DNA of 62,882 nt, filler included, from Octopus bimaculoides (Eukaryota), in assembly GCF_001194135.2 (NCBI RefSeq). It is 5 parts of 5 records of this genome, joined end to end, with 100 filler letters (N's around TTAATTAATTAA, not from the genome) between each part and the next. Parts side by side here need not be neighbours in the genome. Positions count along the whole stretch, not along the records: positions 34,023 to 56,356 come from NC_068989.1; 4 more parts are not named here. One strand, given 5' to 3'. Each line of letters begins with the position of its first letter. Within the stretch, counting starts at the first letter, position 1. Under the pieces are notes generated by a model. That model was given only the letters and a program-made list of their open reading frames with translations, had not been told where the DNA came from and ran no database searches. The translations under genes were made by a program, and so were the position numbers. This document shows, in pieces, positions 40,546 through 53,995 of this stretch.

Positions 40546-41217
40546 TTATGGATTTCTGTCCAGGCATATATGCTTTTTCAGTTTCTGCTCATGAACTTGC
40601 CTCAGTTCCTCTTTCAGATGATGGCCATGGCTGAGGCCTAAATTTTCAAACACAAATATCTTTCCAATTTCTCCTTGATTGAAAACTATAATGGTATCAT
40701 TGACAACTAACTCCAGTTGCAGTCGCCCAACAAATATTGATTTAGGACACCATTCCCAAACTAAGCTGTGGAATGATTCATTGTTATTTTGTGATCCTCC
40801 AATCAGGCACTTACGCAAGAGTTTGTCCTCAGATAAAGTTACAAACACAGGCTTCATTTTATCCAGCACAAATTTTGGCAGGGAGTTTTTGTTTGGATCA
40901 CGTTTGTCATCCACCTTTTTCGCAGGACATAAGTCAACACAATCACAATGGTCCTTAGACCTGTTCTTGAAAATTACCCGTATGTCTCTCTTCGTGGAGG
41001 CTTTGTCATTAGTGTGGTTCCTGATGGCAGCTCCATATTGACTCTGCATAGATAGGATGGCTATCTGTGTGAGACTACCCACACCTCCATTACCAGTAAA
41101 CTTTTTGTCATCATCACCGGTGAATGATTTTCCTCTATTTGCCTGTACCAGGTCCATCAGTCTGCATCCCATCCACTTCTGCACACAATATTCATATTTC
41201 TCAATTTTGATGTCCAT
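40546..41217 (-). mobile_element. Kolobok/Mutator-like DDE transposase fragment (C-terminal part)
   Basis: 223 aa ORF with CVQKWMGCRL (cf. HVQKRMGxRL), YGAAIRN and GGSQNNNESFHSLVWEWCPKSIFVG (cf. TQNxNESxxxxIWxxxPK). The N-terminal DGD catalytic motif and TIRs were not found. Confidence 0.65.
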
Positions 41218-41629
41218 ATAGATGGGAAGATCAGCATTGGCAGACTAAAACGATAGCAGAATAGGATCTATTTTCGCATCAAAATTTGATCATTTTTGGA
41301 AGAATTTCAGAAGTTCCTGTTGGACATGGTTAAAGATGAAAACTTTGTTTACCTTTTGATGGGAAAATCCTAAAATCGAAAATTTTGTACTGAATCACGG
41401 AAATTATTAGCTCAAACGTAGATTTTTTTGACTAACTACCACCAATTTTATTTATCAATTTATTCATCGTTTTTATTTTAAAGTGTCCCTGGATTTTACT
41501 TTTAAGCATCAGAGATTAAAATTCCGCAATAATTTGTTATTTTTATTAATTTATCTGTTCAAGAACGGATTAAGTTTAGAGGGCATACATACATACACGC
41601 AGAACCGCGCTAATAGCTTAGGAGTGAAA

Positions 41630-43001
41630 TTTAGGATTTCTCGGTTTTCTGTGAATTGATTTTGATAAAACTTTCCCCAGCCGGTTTGCACACTATGGCA
41701 ACACCATTGTTATGTTTTCATTATTCTGTGTAACGTCATTTCTTTTTTTATTTCAGATTCTTCAGTTTTTGGGTGAACTACGTTAATAGCGTCTCTCTTC
41801 TCTAAGATTAATGAGATGTGGAAAAGACTTTAACGATGAAGGAAAGTCTGTCATTAACAAGGAAAGTGCAAAAGGCACGTCTCTTCATCTCATTGCGGAG
41901 ACGTTAGGTCATTATGTGGACACGCCAAGGAAGAAATGTTCCAATTGGGGGATCTCCAAGACTGTGACAGCTAGGGATTTAAGGAATATTGGCCGCAAAT
42001 TATGTGGGAAACCTGGACAAACAAGCAAAGCTATTTTCACCGCCTCGGGACTTCCTCATGTACCGAGAACCCCAGAAATAACATCATCGGCACCATGGCT
42101 TCTGTGCGAGAATCCCTGAAACTGCTTCCTTTAACAGGAGATTGAGGCTTCAGTGGGCCCAAAAGTACACGACGTTAGAGATGAGTTGTGCTCTGTTTAC
42201 TGACGAAACCAGGGTGACCCTTGACGGACCTGACGATTGGGTCTATTTTGAAGATGAGTGTTTCCAACGTCAACAAAAGGGTGGAGGAGTAATGTTGTAG
42301 GCTGCTATCATCGGGGACACTTGTTGGCTTAGTCAAGGTGCCTGAAGGGATTAAAGTGACCGCAGACGCCTATTGTAATCTCCTGAATGAGGTCTTATAT
42401 CCTTGGCTAGATAGCATACTGCCATCTTATAAGGAATCTGGTATTCATACATGACAACACTCTCTCCCACTCTGCTAGGATCACCCAAACATTACTAAGG
42501 GTTGATGATGTGGCCGCCAACATCTTTGGATTTCAACCCTATCGAAAATCTTTGGTCCATCATTAAACAAGATATTTATGCCTTTGGGCGCCAATTTACA
42601 TCAAAAGATGTCTTATGGGCAATCATCAAAGCTGCAGCAGAGGCAGTCCAACCTGCTACTATTAAGAAATTGACAGATTCCATGACTAATAGGGGTTTTG
42701 AAATTATCTGTGGAAATGGCGCTCTTGTGGCTAAATAATTCATTATGTCAATAAATGTTATATTATTCTGGTTTTCTGTCAAATATATACTCAATCTATG
42801 CTTAATATGAATTATGACCCTTCATTTTCTGAAAAAAAAGTCTAGACGGATTATTTTCGTTCAAAAGCTATTAGCGTGATTCACTCAAAAACTGAAATAA
42901 AAAAGAAAGGACATTACACAGAATAACGAATACACAACAATGGTGTTGCCATAGTGTGCAAACCTGCTGGGAAGTTTTACAGAAAACCGAGAAATCCTAA
43001 A
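41630..43001 (+). mobile_element. Decayed Tc1-family DNA transposon with long imperfect TIRs
   Basis: TIRs 41630-41790 and 42867-43001 (e.g. ggtttgcacactatggcaacaccattgtt versus its reverse complement) flank a transposase pseudogene. Terminal TA target site not resolved. Confidence 0.88.
41811..42738 (+). pseudogene. Tc1-type DDE transposase, frameshifted
   Basis: Motifs LFTDETRVTLDGPD (about 42193), GGGVM, FIHDN and WPPTSLDFNPIENLWSIIK. Stops and frameshifts lie between the segments. Confidence 0.9.
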
Positions 43002-43034
43002 GCTAACATAAAATAATCGTGATGAACATAAACC

Positions 43035-43190
43035 ATGGTATCATCACCATCATTTAACATCTGGCTTCCATGCTAGCCTGAGATGGACAGTTTGACAGGA
43101 GCTGGTAAGCCAGAGGACTCCTCCAAGTTCCACTATCTGCTTAGGTATGGTTTTTACAACAGGATGTCCTTCCTAATGCCAAGCAATTTA
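43035..43190 (-). mobile_element. RTE-tailed retroposon fragment
   Basis: Reverse complement of the ttggcattaggaaggacatcc...catggaagccagatgttaaatgatg tail. Related copies at 43590-43800, 48800-48990 and 53235-53295. Confidence 0.65.
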
Positions 43191-43834
43191 CAGAATGAAA
43201 CCATCATCATTCATATCACTCCTCACTCCACAAATTCCCTTATCAACCCTAACATAACACTCGTAATGCAAAAAGAAGAATTAAGTAATAAATTTCTTTG
43301 TATCACTTTGCCCTACAGATAACAGAAATTAATAAACTTCCACACAGACAAATAACCATTAATGTAACTACAAACCCACCACTCAAAAATTTGGAACAGT
43401 AAAAGCACTTGACCAAATTGTCATGCAGTTGGATTGAACAGAGAACCTCGTGGATATGAAGCTAATACTAAACATGTTTTAACATAGGTGACAACCACCT
43501 TCATTCCTGTTTCTCCATGCAGGCAACAATTAAGCATCTTTCCACAAGTCCTCATCATAATCTTAACTGTAAAGTGTTACCTTCATTATCATCATCATTA
43601 TTTAACATCTACTTATCTATGCCTGCACGGGTCAGATAAAATTTAAGATAGAGTTTCTAAGGTTGAATACCCTTCCTGTTGCAAATCTCACCTGTTTCCA
43701 AGCAAGGAAATATTTCTTTTTGGCCAAATATCTTTTTTCATGGAAAACTGAAAACAACACTGCTTGTATGGTGGTGAGACTCGCTTACATTACATGTGAA
43801 GAAAAGAATACACACACACAAGCATATAAATAAT

Positions 43835-43990
43835 GGGCTTATTTCAGTTTCTATCTACCAAAATCACTCACATGGCTTTATTCAGGCCAGGCTTGAAGAA
43901 GAAGACACCTGACCAAGGTGCTGCACAGTGGGATCAAACTCAAAATTACATGGTTGGGAAACAAGCTTATTAACCACACAGCCATGTATG
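43835..43990 (-). mobile_element. SINE head, CpG-decayed
   Basis: Aligns to the 36476 copy but has lost its CpGs. Confidence 0.7.
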
Positions 43991-46900
43991 TACCTCAGGC
44001 ATGCATGTTTTAAAAAATATGGTATCTGCAAATGGACTGCTCCAGCAACTGTAGTAGGGTTACAAACTTTTGAAAATTAGGGAAGAAATTCAACTCCCAA
44101 TACTTCAACATCATAACCATGGTTTTCTTACTCTATGATTTTCGTAGCCCAGTGGTACAAGTGCAGCTATTTAACCATTCAGTCATAGCATCTGTTGTCA
44201 TGTATCTACACAGCAGCAAGAATCAGCATCAAATCTCTCTCTAATTACACCCTACAATATTTAAAAGGACAAACACATTGAATTATATACAATGCCACAT
44301 AGGCTGTCTGAAAGAGAGAAACAAATATTGCTCATAAGTTTGATTAACCAAAGCCAACTGGTAGATAAACAATAGATAATTTGATTCAAGTGATAACAAC
44401 AAAACAATGGTCAACAATAAAAATAGTCATTTAATTTTTATTACCAAAATTATAAAATTAAAACAAAAAAAAAAATGAAATCATAAACAATGGAATGTTA
44501 TAGAAGAATCAAACATAAATGCTTTAATATTTGTTATTTGCATTCGAAATTTTCCAATATAATAATCAAAATATATTTCTATCATCAAATACTTCATTTT
44601 AAATCCTCTGATCCATTAAATGAAGATAAACTATAGAGAAGTTAGAGATACTGGAATGTAAATAGTGTCAGAGAAGAGGCAGTGATGTAGGATTGTGATT
44701 AACACTTTTATCTTTCTTTATTTTAAGGGCAGGTGGTACGGTGTGTGGTGTGGGTAGTCTTAATAAGTATGAAAGGTTAAGCAGTCTGGTGGGATTTTAA
44801 AGTTTAGTGCTTCATTGTTTCTGCTAGAGACAAATACATCAACTATGATAGACTGAATTAAACATAAACTAACTTACTAAAAAAGACACTAATGAAAAGG
44901 TGAGAGTGTGTGTGTGCATGCATTTATTTATACACACACACACACATAGAACGGATTATAATCCAAGCTGTGTCCACATGAAGCACATCTGCATATTCCA
45001 TTACAGTTGGAAGATGTTCTACAAGTTAAAACATGTATGTATTTATCTGGTATGAATTTATTATATTATTATTAATGTTTTCATAAAATGTATTCCCACA
45101 TTGTAATGAAACATGTAACACAGAATTAAAATGGTACAACATACCCCAGTCTTATATATATATATATATGCACACACACAAATATACAAGAAAATGTCAT
45201 CTTAGAGTAATAAAATACATTAGAGAATTGAAATTAATGCAAAAATAAAAGTTATATTAAACTAAGCTATAAATAGACAGAAAAGCTAGAGGGGGAGGGG
45301 GAGAAAGGAAAAGAAATAAAACATTTGAATCACAAATAAGTCTGCATAGCTGAAATACACCACTATATAGAATGATATATTTTCAGTAGAACAGATTCAT
45401 GGTTTTGGAACTGATATGTAAAACTTTAAATCACTTGTTCTTTTATTATTATAATTTGAGTGTCGTTATAGATGTATAGGATCAAAACCTGCCCACTCTA
45501 AAATGTTCAATTACAGCACATTTGACACCATATACAGCTGAGAGAGAGAGGGGGGGGGGAAGATACTGTATAGAGAAAATATGCATGTTTATTGCTGGTA
45601 GAGAAAGGCTCATAAATAAGGATCAAACTAATTAAATTATCATAAAATATTAAAATGTACCTAAATGTCAGGTTTTGATCACAATTTTAATTGAAATAGG
45701 AACATATTAATTAGCACAAGCAGGTTGATATTAAAAGAGTTAAAGATTGTATCTTTGATATGTCTGGAATGTTTTAACTGTTTATGTTCTTCTTATTCTT
45801 TGTAATTCAAATATATAAATGTTATAAATGTGCAAGTTTACCTAAGAATGATATGAATGGAAAGATACAAAACTTCAACTTTATACTTAAAGTTTTCACA
45901 ACACTGATTAATAAAATTTCATCTAAAAATAAAATAATAAACTTGAAAGTTTTAGCAATAATAAATACAATTAAGATTAGAAAAAAAAAAAGAAAAAAAC
46001 TACATGAGCAACCTCTAATGATTATCGAAAACAAATCTAAAGGTTTATCATTCTCAGGATAGGAGAAGTACAGAGAAAACACAACTACTTTAATAACTGA
46101 CAGATGCAAGTATTTCTAATGTCAGTAGGAGTGTGGAAAAAAAAATTAACGCACAAAAAAGGTATGCAAACAAATGGAATGACAGACACTGTCACAGGGT
46201 TTTCAGGATCCACAAATTATATTGAGATGAGACAGAAATACGCCTTTTTGTTTTTCAAGTGTTCCCAATGGTGAAAGAATTCTATTAGCCAGGTCCTAAT
46301 TATTCCAAACAGAATAAGCAATGTTATCCACTTACTGGCTATTTGCTATGTAAACAATATATAGATTGTTCCCAATTATATGACATGACTAATAACATTT
46401 TAATTAAAATTTCAGGTTCTTTTTCTACTTCCCATAAAGTTTTTTAAATTCTTTTTGTTCACTGATGTATCCAAATATTTCACTGTTCATTGTTTTGTTC
46501 TGTTTCACTATCTATTTCTCTTTTGCACTCTGTTTTGCAAAAAAATTTTCTGCATAAAACAATACTTTTAAGCAAATTGCATTTATTTGGAATTAACTGC
46601 TGAGGATTTTAAAGAAGTAGACAAAATTAGCTGATTGAGTGGTCTTTATCATGAGATGCTTATTTGCAAGGTAGACAGTCTACAATGTTAAAGGGCAATT
46701 AAGGGGTTGCAAGAGGAAATAGTTTACAAGGCTTAACAAAGAATTTGGAATGCTTTCTAAATATAGAAAAAGTTTATAAAAAAATTGATTTCATTATGTA
46801 ACAAAGGCCAAAAATATATTGGTAAGGCACATGATTAATAAATACCTAGAATGGATGTTTCTGCATAATGACTAACTTATCTACTGTTACAAATGGAGAA

Positions 46901-48274
46901 AATGCATTAATAATGCTTTTTAAAGAAACAAAATTTAGCAATAGTACAACAATCAATAAAGACCAGAGCTGCAATAAAACTGAAAACCAACCCATACCTT
47001 TAATATCTTTCAGCACATTAGGTACAGATAATATTTAGTTACAATTTAACTCTAGATTTCACCAATTTTTAAGACAGAAAAGTAAATAATTTTCTTCATC
47101 TACCTACCCTTCTCAGTGAACAATTTCAATGGACCTGGGCCAAGAGAAAGTTTTGATGAAAGGTGCAGAGCAATTTCAATTAAAATACCTTAAAACATCT
47201 TATTTTATCAAATGCTGATCAGGAGGAGGAAAATAAGTCACCACTGACAGGATTTGAACTCAGTATGTAGGGTGATATTGTATGCATTCAGCCTTGTACT
47301 CTATCATTTCATGACTCTCTCTTTATAACTTTCTATGTATATTGATATGTTTATTTCGTTAAGTGTTTTAATGGAAAGAAAGAAGAATCTTCAGGAATTT
47401 GTTTTTTTAAAATTCTGGTTGCTTGTTGAATTGCAGTAAGTGTATTTGTTCTGTATACTTACCCCAAGTAGTGTGTTCCAGAGATAATATTGATCTCCTT
47501 TGGCAGGGCATGAAGGCTTGATATTTTAATAAATTGAAAGGTGTGAGATATTGTGAATTTCAAGTCATTTCTAAGAGCATCTGTAATGCATAAGAAGTGA
47601 AATGATTCTAACATTACAAGATAAAACTTCTACCTCCAGAATTGGTTCACACATTTGGAGCTCATATTTATTTTAGGGTGTCCATGACCCCAACCAGTAA
47701 GTTGAAAACATTTCTTAGATTAGAAATCTTAGTCTCTAGATTTGCAAGGGAAGCAGAAATGAAATGACAAGACAATAATCCCTGTAGAAATTTAGAATAT
47801 CAAAGTAAGACTATGCATGCATACACATACATAATTATATTCCCATTTTGTCATAGCAGGGCTAATAACCAGTTGTTATAATTCAAAATATTTATAATGT
47901 AGAGCATCACAAAGTTCTGGCAGTGAGGTGGAGAGAATTCACTAATGTTCTCCTACCAAAACTCTTATATGCACCAGAAGATAAGTACAGAATGCAGTAT
48001 TAATGAATAAATGACTACCAAAAGAGCAGGTGTTATGCAATCATTAGATTAGAGCTGTAATATCACCTGTTTTTTTTTCTTTTTTTTTGTCATTCAATTA
48101 TTAATCAATGTTTGTGTTTGATGAAGAGACTCAATACTGAAAGTAGAGTCATAAAAATAAATTCATTCTGACTGGGACTTCCAATTTTGTTTTGTGGTTT
48201 ATTCAGCCAGAGGTTGAATAAGACATCAGACGAAACTTAAAGTCCCAGTCAAGGAAAACCTTTATATATATATA

Positions 48275-48308
<34 letters not shown>

Positions 48309-48570
48309 CATACACACACACACACACACACACAAAGAAAGGAGAGAGAGAGAGAGTGTAAAAGAGAGCTACTGAGACATAGAAAGGACATATATTTCTA
48401 TAGGTTAGAATATCTGAAGAGAAAGAAGTACCTTCTGTTAACTCTTGCAAGCTAAAACTAATTATGTTTCCCCTCAATTGTTTTTAAAGGCTTTGCTGGT
48501 CAGTAAAGTTTAAATGACAGGTTCAGTAGGTGATTATTCATATTAAACAAAAATAGGTTAATCGGGCAGC

Positions 48571-48677
48571 TTATAACAGATCATAGTCTGGAAATGGAGT
48601 TAATAATTGCTTCAGGAAAGCTTCGTAATGAACAGGACCATCAGGGGAAATTCGAAACTCACGTAGAAGGTTGTTAA
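48571..48677 (-). CDS. CALML4: CALML4-type gene, terminal coding exon (EF-hand 4 region and stop)
   Basis: Acceptor ttttctctttcag|. Reads (V)NNLLREFRISPDGPVHYEAFLKQLLTPFPDYDLL*. The C-terminal ...TPFPDY resembles the CALML4 end ...TLPGRDY, which calmodulin lacks. TAA at 48573-48571. Confidence 0.92.
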
Positions 48678-48799
48678 CTGAAAGAGAAAAATGATGGAAA
48701 TAAATATCAAAACAAAGATGAATAAATGTCAAAGCACATATGTATGAGTGTATATGTATGCAATATAGATTTAAATATATATATGTATATATCAGCATC

Positions 48800-48990
48800 A
48801 TCATCCTCATTATCATCATTTAATGTCCATTTTCTATATTGGCATGGGGTGTACAATTTGACAGAATCTGGTAGATGGAAAGAATGTGTGGAGTTCTGGT
48901 GTTTGGCAAGGTATCTATGACTGGATGCCCTTCCTTATGCCAACCACATTACAATGTGTACTGGATACCTTTTTTCTTTGTGCCACTGGC
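48800..48990 (-). mobile_element. RTE-tailed retroposon fragment
   Basis: ctggatgcccttccttatgccaaccac motif and (CAT)n end. Confidence 0.65.
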
Positions 48991-49675
48991 ACTAGTGAGG
49001 TTGCAAATGAGCAGGTAAAAAGGATAAGGAAAAAAATACCTGCTACAGAGTGTGTGTGTGTTTGAGATGGTGAGGTAGCTTTATGCTAGCTGTTGAAAGG
49101 CTAAAGTATGTCAGGGGGAGAAGCACAAGTGTCTTGTTACAGAGAAGATATATAACTATGTCTATATATGCATGTGTGTAAATACCTAACAATTATGTAC
49201 TGAGATGTAATTTTGCATTTGGGCAAATATGAATATATACACTCATGTGTATTTGGGGTATATGTATGTGTATATATGATGTGTGTGTGTGTGTATATAT
49301 GGAAGTTATTCTGCAATGTCATTGCCTGAAACACTTGAATAATAGTGACATTATATGGCTGCTTTCCTATCAATAAATTATCTCATATCTCCATTCTTAC
49401 AAATATAAGTCCTTTCTTTGAAAAGAGGTAAGGGTTAGCAATGTGAAAAGTATTTGGCCGAAAATAATGCTCCAATAATAAGTTTTCATCCAACCTACAC
49501 TAGTGTGTAAATTTAAACATTAAACGAATGGATATTTTGTGTGTGTGTCTGTGTGCGCACGCATGCACATGAGTAGTAATGTACCATGGCTTTTGTGTGT
49601 TGATATTACCTCTCATATGCTTTTGTATGTTACTTTATAATGTTTACACCTAATTGCATAATATCTACTATTCAT

Positions 49676-50026
49676 GTTGTTGGCACTCCGTCGCTTATGA
49701 CGTCGAGGGTTCCAGTTGATCCGATCAACGGAACAACCTGCTCGTGAAATTAACGTGCAAATGGCTGAGCACTCCACAGACACGTATACCCATAACGTAG
49801 TTCTCGGGGATATTCAGCGTGACACAGTGTGACAAAGCTGACCCTTTGAATTACAGGCACAACAGAAACAGGAAGAAAGAGTGAGAGAAAGTTGTGGTGA
49901 AAGAGTACAGCAGGGTTTGCCGCCATCCCCTGCCAGAGCCTCGTGGAGCTTTTAGGTGTTTTCGCTCAATAAACACTCAAAACTGCGAGTCCGCTGCCCT
50001 AACCACTGGGCCATTGCGCCTCCACC
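49676..50026 (-). mobile_element. tRNA-headed SINE, relatively young (CpGs retained)
   Basis: Shares one module with 1850-2046 and another with 7015-7190. Confidence 0.85.
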
Positions 50027-50497
50027 TACTATTCATAAGGATGCATCAAAGCAACTGTAAAAATATTTTTATATCTTGTAATATTGTGTATATATTAATA
50101 TAAGTTATTAGATAATAAATTATATGGTATACACCTGGTAGTTTGCTGGTAAAACACGTTCACTTTCACAGTGTTTGTTGGGTATTTGATTGAGACGGAA
50201 GATACGAGAATGTTTATTGATTACTACAATTGGTTCAACCCATCTAACATCGTATTTGTGCATTTGTTTCTGTTTGTACCTGATTTTTATTGATCTTCTA
50301 TAATAATGAAATTGTATCTCTTAATTTGCTGCTTTTGTACACATATACCAAGAAGAAAACTTGCAGAACAGATGTTTTAATTCGATACATCTTGTAATCA
50401 ACTGAAGAGACAGAACTACAGACGGATACTACAGAACCAGATGTTCAGTATCCCAGCCAATTGCAACATTCTCGTATCCTTCATCTCACTCATTAAT

Positions 50498-50565
<68 letters not shown>

Positions 50566-50839
50566 CAGACAGAGTTCACATGTTTGTGTTCCGGTTCTAG
50601 GGTATGTCTATATACTTGTATACAAGTATTTAATGATGCACAAGAATGAGGTATATTACTTTGTTTTATTGATCCTGGTGGAATGAAAGACAAAGTTAAC
50701 ATCAATGAGACCTGAGCTCAGAGAGTAAAGAGCCAAAACAAATACGACAAGACATTTTTTTCAAACACTCAAATGATTCTACCAGGTCAATACCTTTTTT
50801 ATTAATTGTTTCAAACATAGATACAAAGCTTTATATTAT

Positions 50840-51000
50840 GTAGTGAGGAAACAGTAGTTTAGAATCAACCCCAATATTAGGCAAGTAGTTTATTTTACCC
50901 AGCCCAGAGGGATAAAGGAGAAAAATTGACCTTATCATATTTTGAACTCAAGAATGTAAAGAGTGAGAAGAAACATGGCAAGACATGTTTCCTTATGCGC
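50840..51000 (-). mobile_element. Decayed SINE (gagctggcagaa family)
   Basis: Similar to 51725-51900 and 53735-53995 (gttgacctt...atttgaactcagaa). Confidence 0.6.
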
Positions 51001-51006
51001 TTAAAC

Positions 51007-51678
51007 CAGTGGTTCTCAACCATTTTTAGCTTACAGATCCTTTGATTCCGATTTAACTCTACTGGATCCTCATGTCAAAAAAAAAAATCTGATTATATTT
51101 TTATAAAAAGATATTATTAGGGNNNNNNNNNNNNNNNNNNNNNNNNNNNNNNNNNNNNNNNNNNNNNNNNNNNNNNNNNNNNNNNNNNNNNNATTAGGGA
51201 TTTATTTTTTATCTGTTTCAGTCATTAGACTGCATCCATGGTGGGGCACTGCCTGGAACAATTTCTAGTTGAACGAATCGACTGCAGTACTTATTTTTTT
51301 TTTAAAGCCTGGCACTTATTCTATTGGTCTCTTTTGTCAAACTGCTACATCACAAGGACATAAACCCACCAAAACCAGTTGTCAAGCAGTAGTGGGGAAC
51401 AAACACAGGTGCACACACACACAAATAATAGGTTTCCTTCAGTTTCCGTCTACTAAATCCACTACCACAGCTCTGGTCGGCCTGAGGCTATAGTAGAAGA
51501 CACTTGCCCAAGGTACCATGCAGTGGGACTGAACCTGGAACCAAGGGGTTGAGAAGCAAGCTTCTAACCACACAGCCATACCTGTTAAAATATTTTATGT
51601 AATGTAGAAGTATAATTAATTTATTGCTTATAAACTTCAACATCAAAATCTTACATAGACCCTGGTTGAGAACAACTG
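51007..51678. mobile_element. hAT-type MITE with a nested SINE, in a CALML4 intron
   Basis: TIRs CAGTGGTTCTCAACC and GGTTGAGAACAACTG. Flanks GCTTAAAC/CTCTAAAC share only TAAAC. Confidence 0.7.
51195..51585 (-). mobile_element. Full-length SINE nested in a hAT MITE
   Basis: Head 51420-51585, tail 51195-51400. Confidence 0.8.
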
Positions 51679-51724
51679 CTCTAAACAATTTATCCAATGC
51701 TATGCCCTGAATATCTAATAAAAA

Positions 51725-51900
51725 TAATGTTTCTAACTTTGACACGAGCCCAGCAATTTTGAAAGGAGAGTAAAGTTCATTACATTGAAACCAAAAGCAA
51801 AGTTGACCTTGACAACATTTGAACTCAGAACATAAAGAGCCAAAAGAAATACTGATAAGCATTTTATCAAACGTGCTAACAATTCTGCCAGCTGCCACCT
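51725..51900 (-). mobile_element. Decayed SINE (gagctggcagaa family)
   Basis: Ends gtgctaacaattctgccagctgccacct, the reverse complement of the family head. Confidence 0.7.
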
Positions 51901-52031
51901 TATTTTAAGATAACTTGAAAAAACTTAAAATAGGCACAATCCCTTGGTTAAAAACAGTAATAATATTTAACTACTTATTTATAATTGTGCAATGAGTATT
52001 GGTAAAGAGGTGATGGAAGAAAAAGAAGTAC

Positions 52032-52217
52032 CTTCTTGATCGGTGAGTCTGTCTCCAATGTTGGTAAGGATGTGTCGAAGTTCTTTAGCTGAGACATAGC
52101 CTTTCTTGTCAATATCATGAGTTTTGAAAGCTTGCAAAATTTCAGTCTTGACATCTTCCAACTGGCTGTGTTCATGGAGTACGTCCAAGAATGAAGCAAA
52201 GTTCATCTTACCATCTT
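52032..52217 (-). CDS. CALML4: CALML4-type gene, internal coding exon (EF-hands 2-3), 186 nt, phase 1-1
   Basis: Acceptor gtctttgcag| and donor |gtactt. Reads DGKMNFASFLDVLHEHSQLEDVKTEILQAFKTHDIDKKGYVSAKELRHILTNIGDRLTDQE(V). Calmodulin-family motif with EF loop DIDKKGYVSAKE. Confidence 0.95.
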
Positions 52218-52579
52218 CTGCAAAGACAACAAAGACGAATTCACAGATCTTTTGTACAATTTTTCAACAGCTGTTCTTAACACAAATGGTTGGATGTTAA
52301 CAGCATTGAGTTTAAGTAATTTAATTTTGCATCTTGATTTGAGAAGAGGTGAGAGAGTCAGAGGGAAATGGACAAAGAATGAGAAAGATAGGGAGAGAGA
52401 GAGGGGAAGTAAGACAAATAGTTAGGAAGTGGGAGCACAAGTGAGAAATTGATTCACAGAAAGATGGACAAGGGTTAAAATTACACATGCATACATATGT
52501 AAATACAAGGGTTTCTCCTGTTGAAGACGATGTATGAGTGCTCAGCTTTTTGTTGAACAACCTGCACAAATAATTTGTT

Positions 52580-52945
52580 TATAGTGAAATCAGGATGGCA
52601 CCTGTGCCCAGCGTCGCCTTTCTGGCACTTGTGCCCGTGGCATGTGTAAGGACTTTTGAGCAAGATCGTTGCCAGTGCCCCTGGACTGGCTCTTGTGTGG
52701 GTGGCACATAAAATACACCATTTTGAGCATGGCCGTTGCCAGTACCGCCTGACTGGCCTTCGTGCTGGTGGCACGTAAAAGCACCCACTACACTCTCAGG
52801 GTGGTTGGCATTAGGAAGGGCATCCAGCTGTAGAAACTCTGCCAAATCAGATTGGAGCCTGGTGTAGCCATCTGGTTTCACCAGTCCTCAGTCGAATCGT
52901 CCAACCCATGCTAGCATGGAAAGCGGACGTTAGACAATGATGATG
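52580..52945 (+). mobile_element. RTE-tailed retroposon
   Basis: gtggttggcattaggaagggcatccagctgtagaaac...ccaacccatgctagcatggaaagcggacgtt followed by (GAT)n. This is the typical RTE-associated 3' end. Confidence 0.7.
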
Positions 52946-53734
52946 ATCATCATCAAATGTATGTGTTGTACATTAACTTTCTCCATGAAACTGACGTTGC
53001 CTGTCTTGGTGCATAGTGTACCATGCATCAGGTGTCAAAGTGACCACAGAGCAATGTGAAATGAAGTGTTTTGCTCGAGAACACAATGCACAATCTAGGA
53101 ACTGAAACCATGATCTAGCAATAGTGAGTGCAACACCGTAACCACCAGACCATAGTCATCATATATACATACATACACATAAATACATAGTCATATGTAT
53201 ATATATTGATATACACATACACACACGCATATAAATATCAGCAACATCATTTAACATCCATCTTTATGCTGGTTTGGGTTGGATAGTTTGACAGGTTCAT
53301 CTCCTTTGACTGCATGGGGATGCAGTAGAGAGGAAGGAAACTTTATAAAAGGAGATGAAAGGTTAAAGTATGAAAGAAGGGGCTATAATAGAACAAGTTT
53401 CTTACAGTAGAGGAGATACAATGCTACTCACTACTCACATTCTTGTAGAGTGGGTGGGAGTAACCAGGATGGAGATGGTAAGAGGGATGAAATGATAGTG
53501 AAGTATCAGTGAATTCTCAAGCTACAAGAAGAAATAACAAATATACATCAGAGGGAAAGCATGGAAGAAGAGTTAATGATTGCAGAGACTGGAGAGCATT
53601 GAGGGGTGGCAGTAGTGAATGGTAGACAAGAGTGGCAGGGTGATGATAATGCATATGATTTGGGTGGAAAAATAGGAGAGGGGTGGCAGTATAGAAGGTA
53701 GTGAAGAGCGGTGGAATAATAATAATCCTTTCTA

Positions 53735-53995
53735 CTACAGGCACAAGGCCGGAAATTCTGGGGGGAGGGGATTAGTCGATTACATCAACCCCAGTGTTTC
53801 ACTGGTACTTAATTTATCAACCCCAAAAGGATGACAGGCAAAGTCGACCTTGACAGAATTTGAACTCAGAATGTAAAGATGAACAAAATGCAGCTAAGCA
53901 TTTCGCCCAGCATGCTAACGATTCTGCTAGCATTTGAACTTAGAGCATAAAGTCAGAAGAAGTGCCAATAAGTACTTTGCCTGGCTTGGTAACGA
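53735..53995 (-). mobile_element. SINE (gagctggcagaa family) with partial head duplication
   Basis: gcatttcgcccagcatgctaacgattctgc and a second taacgattctgcc. Confidence 0.75.

Noticed and set aside
45784-46109. Overlapping 92-95 aa ORFs
   Set aside because: K/I/N/F-rich products typical of AT-rich noncoding DNA downstream of the CALML4 stop.
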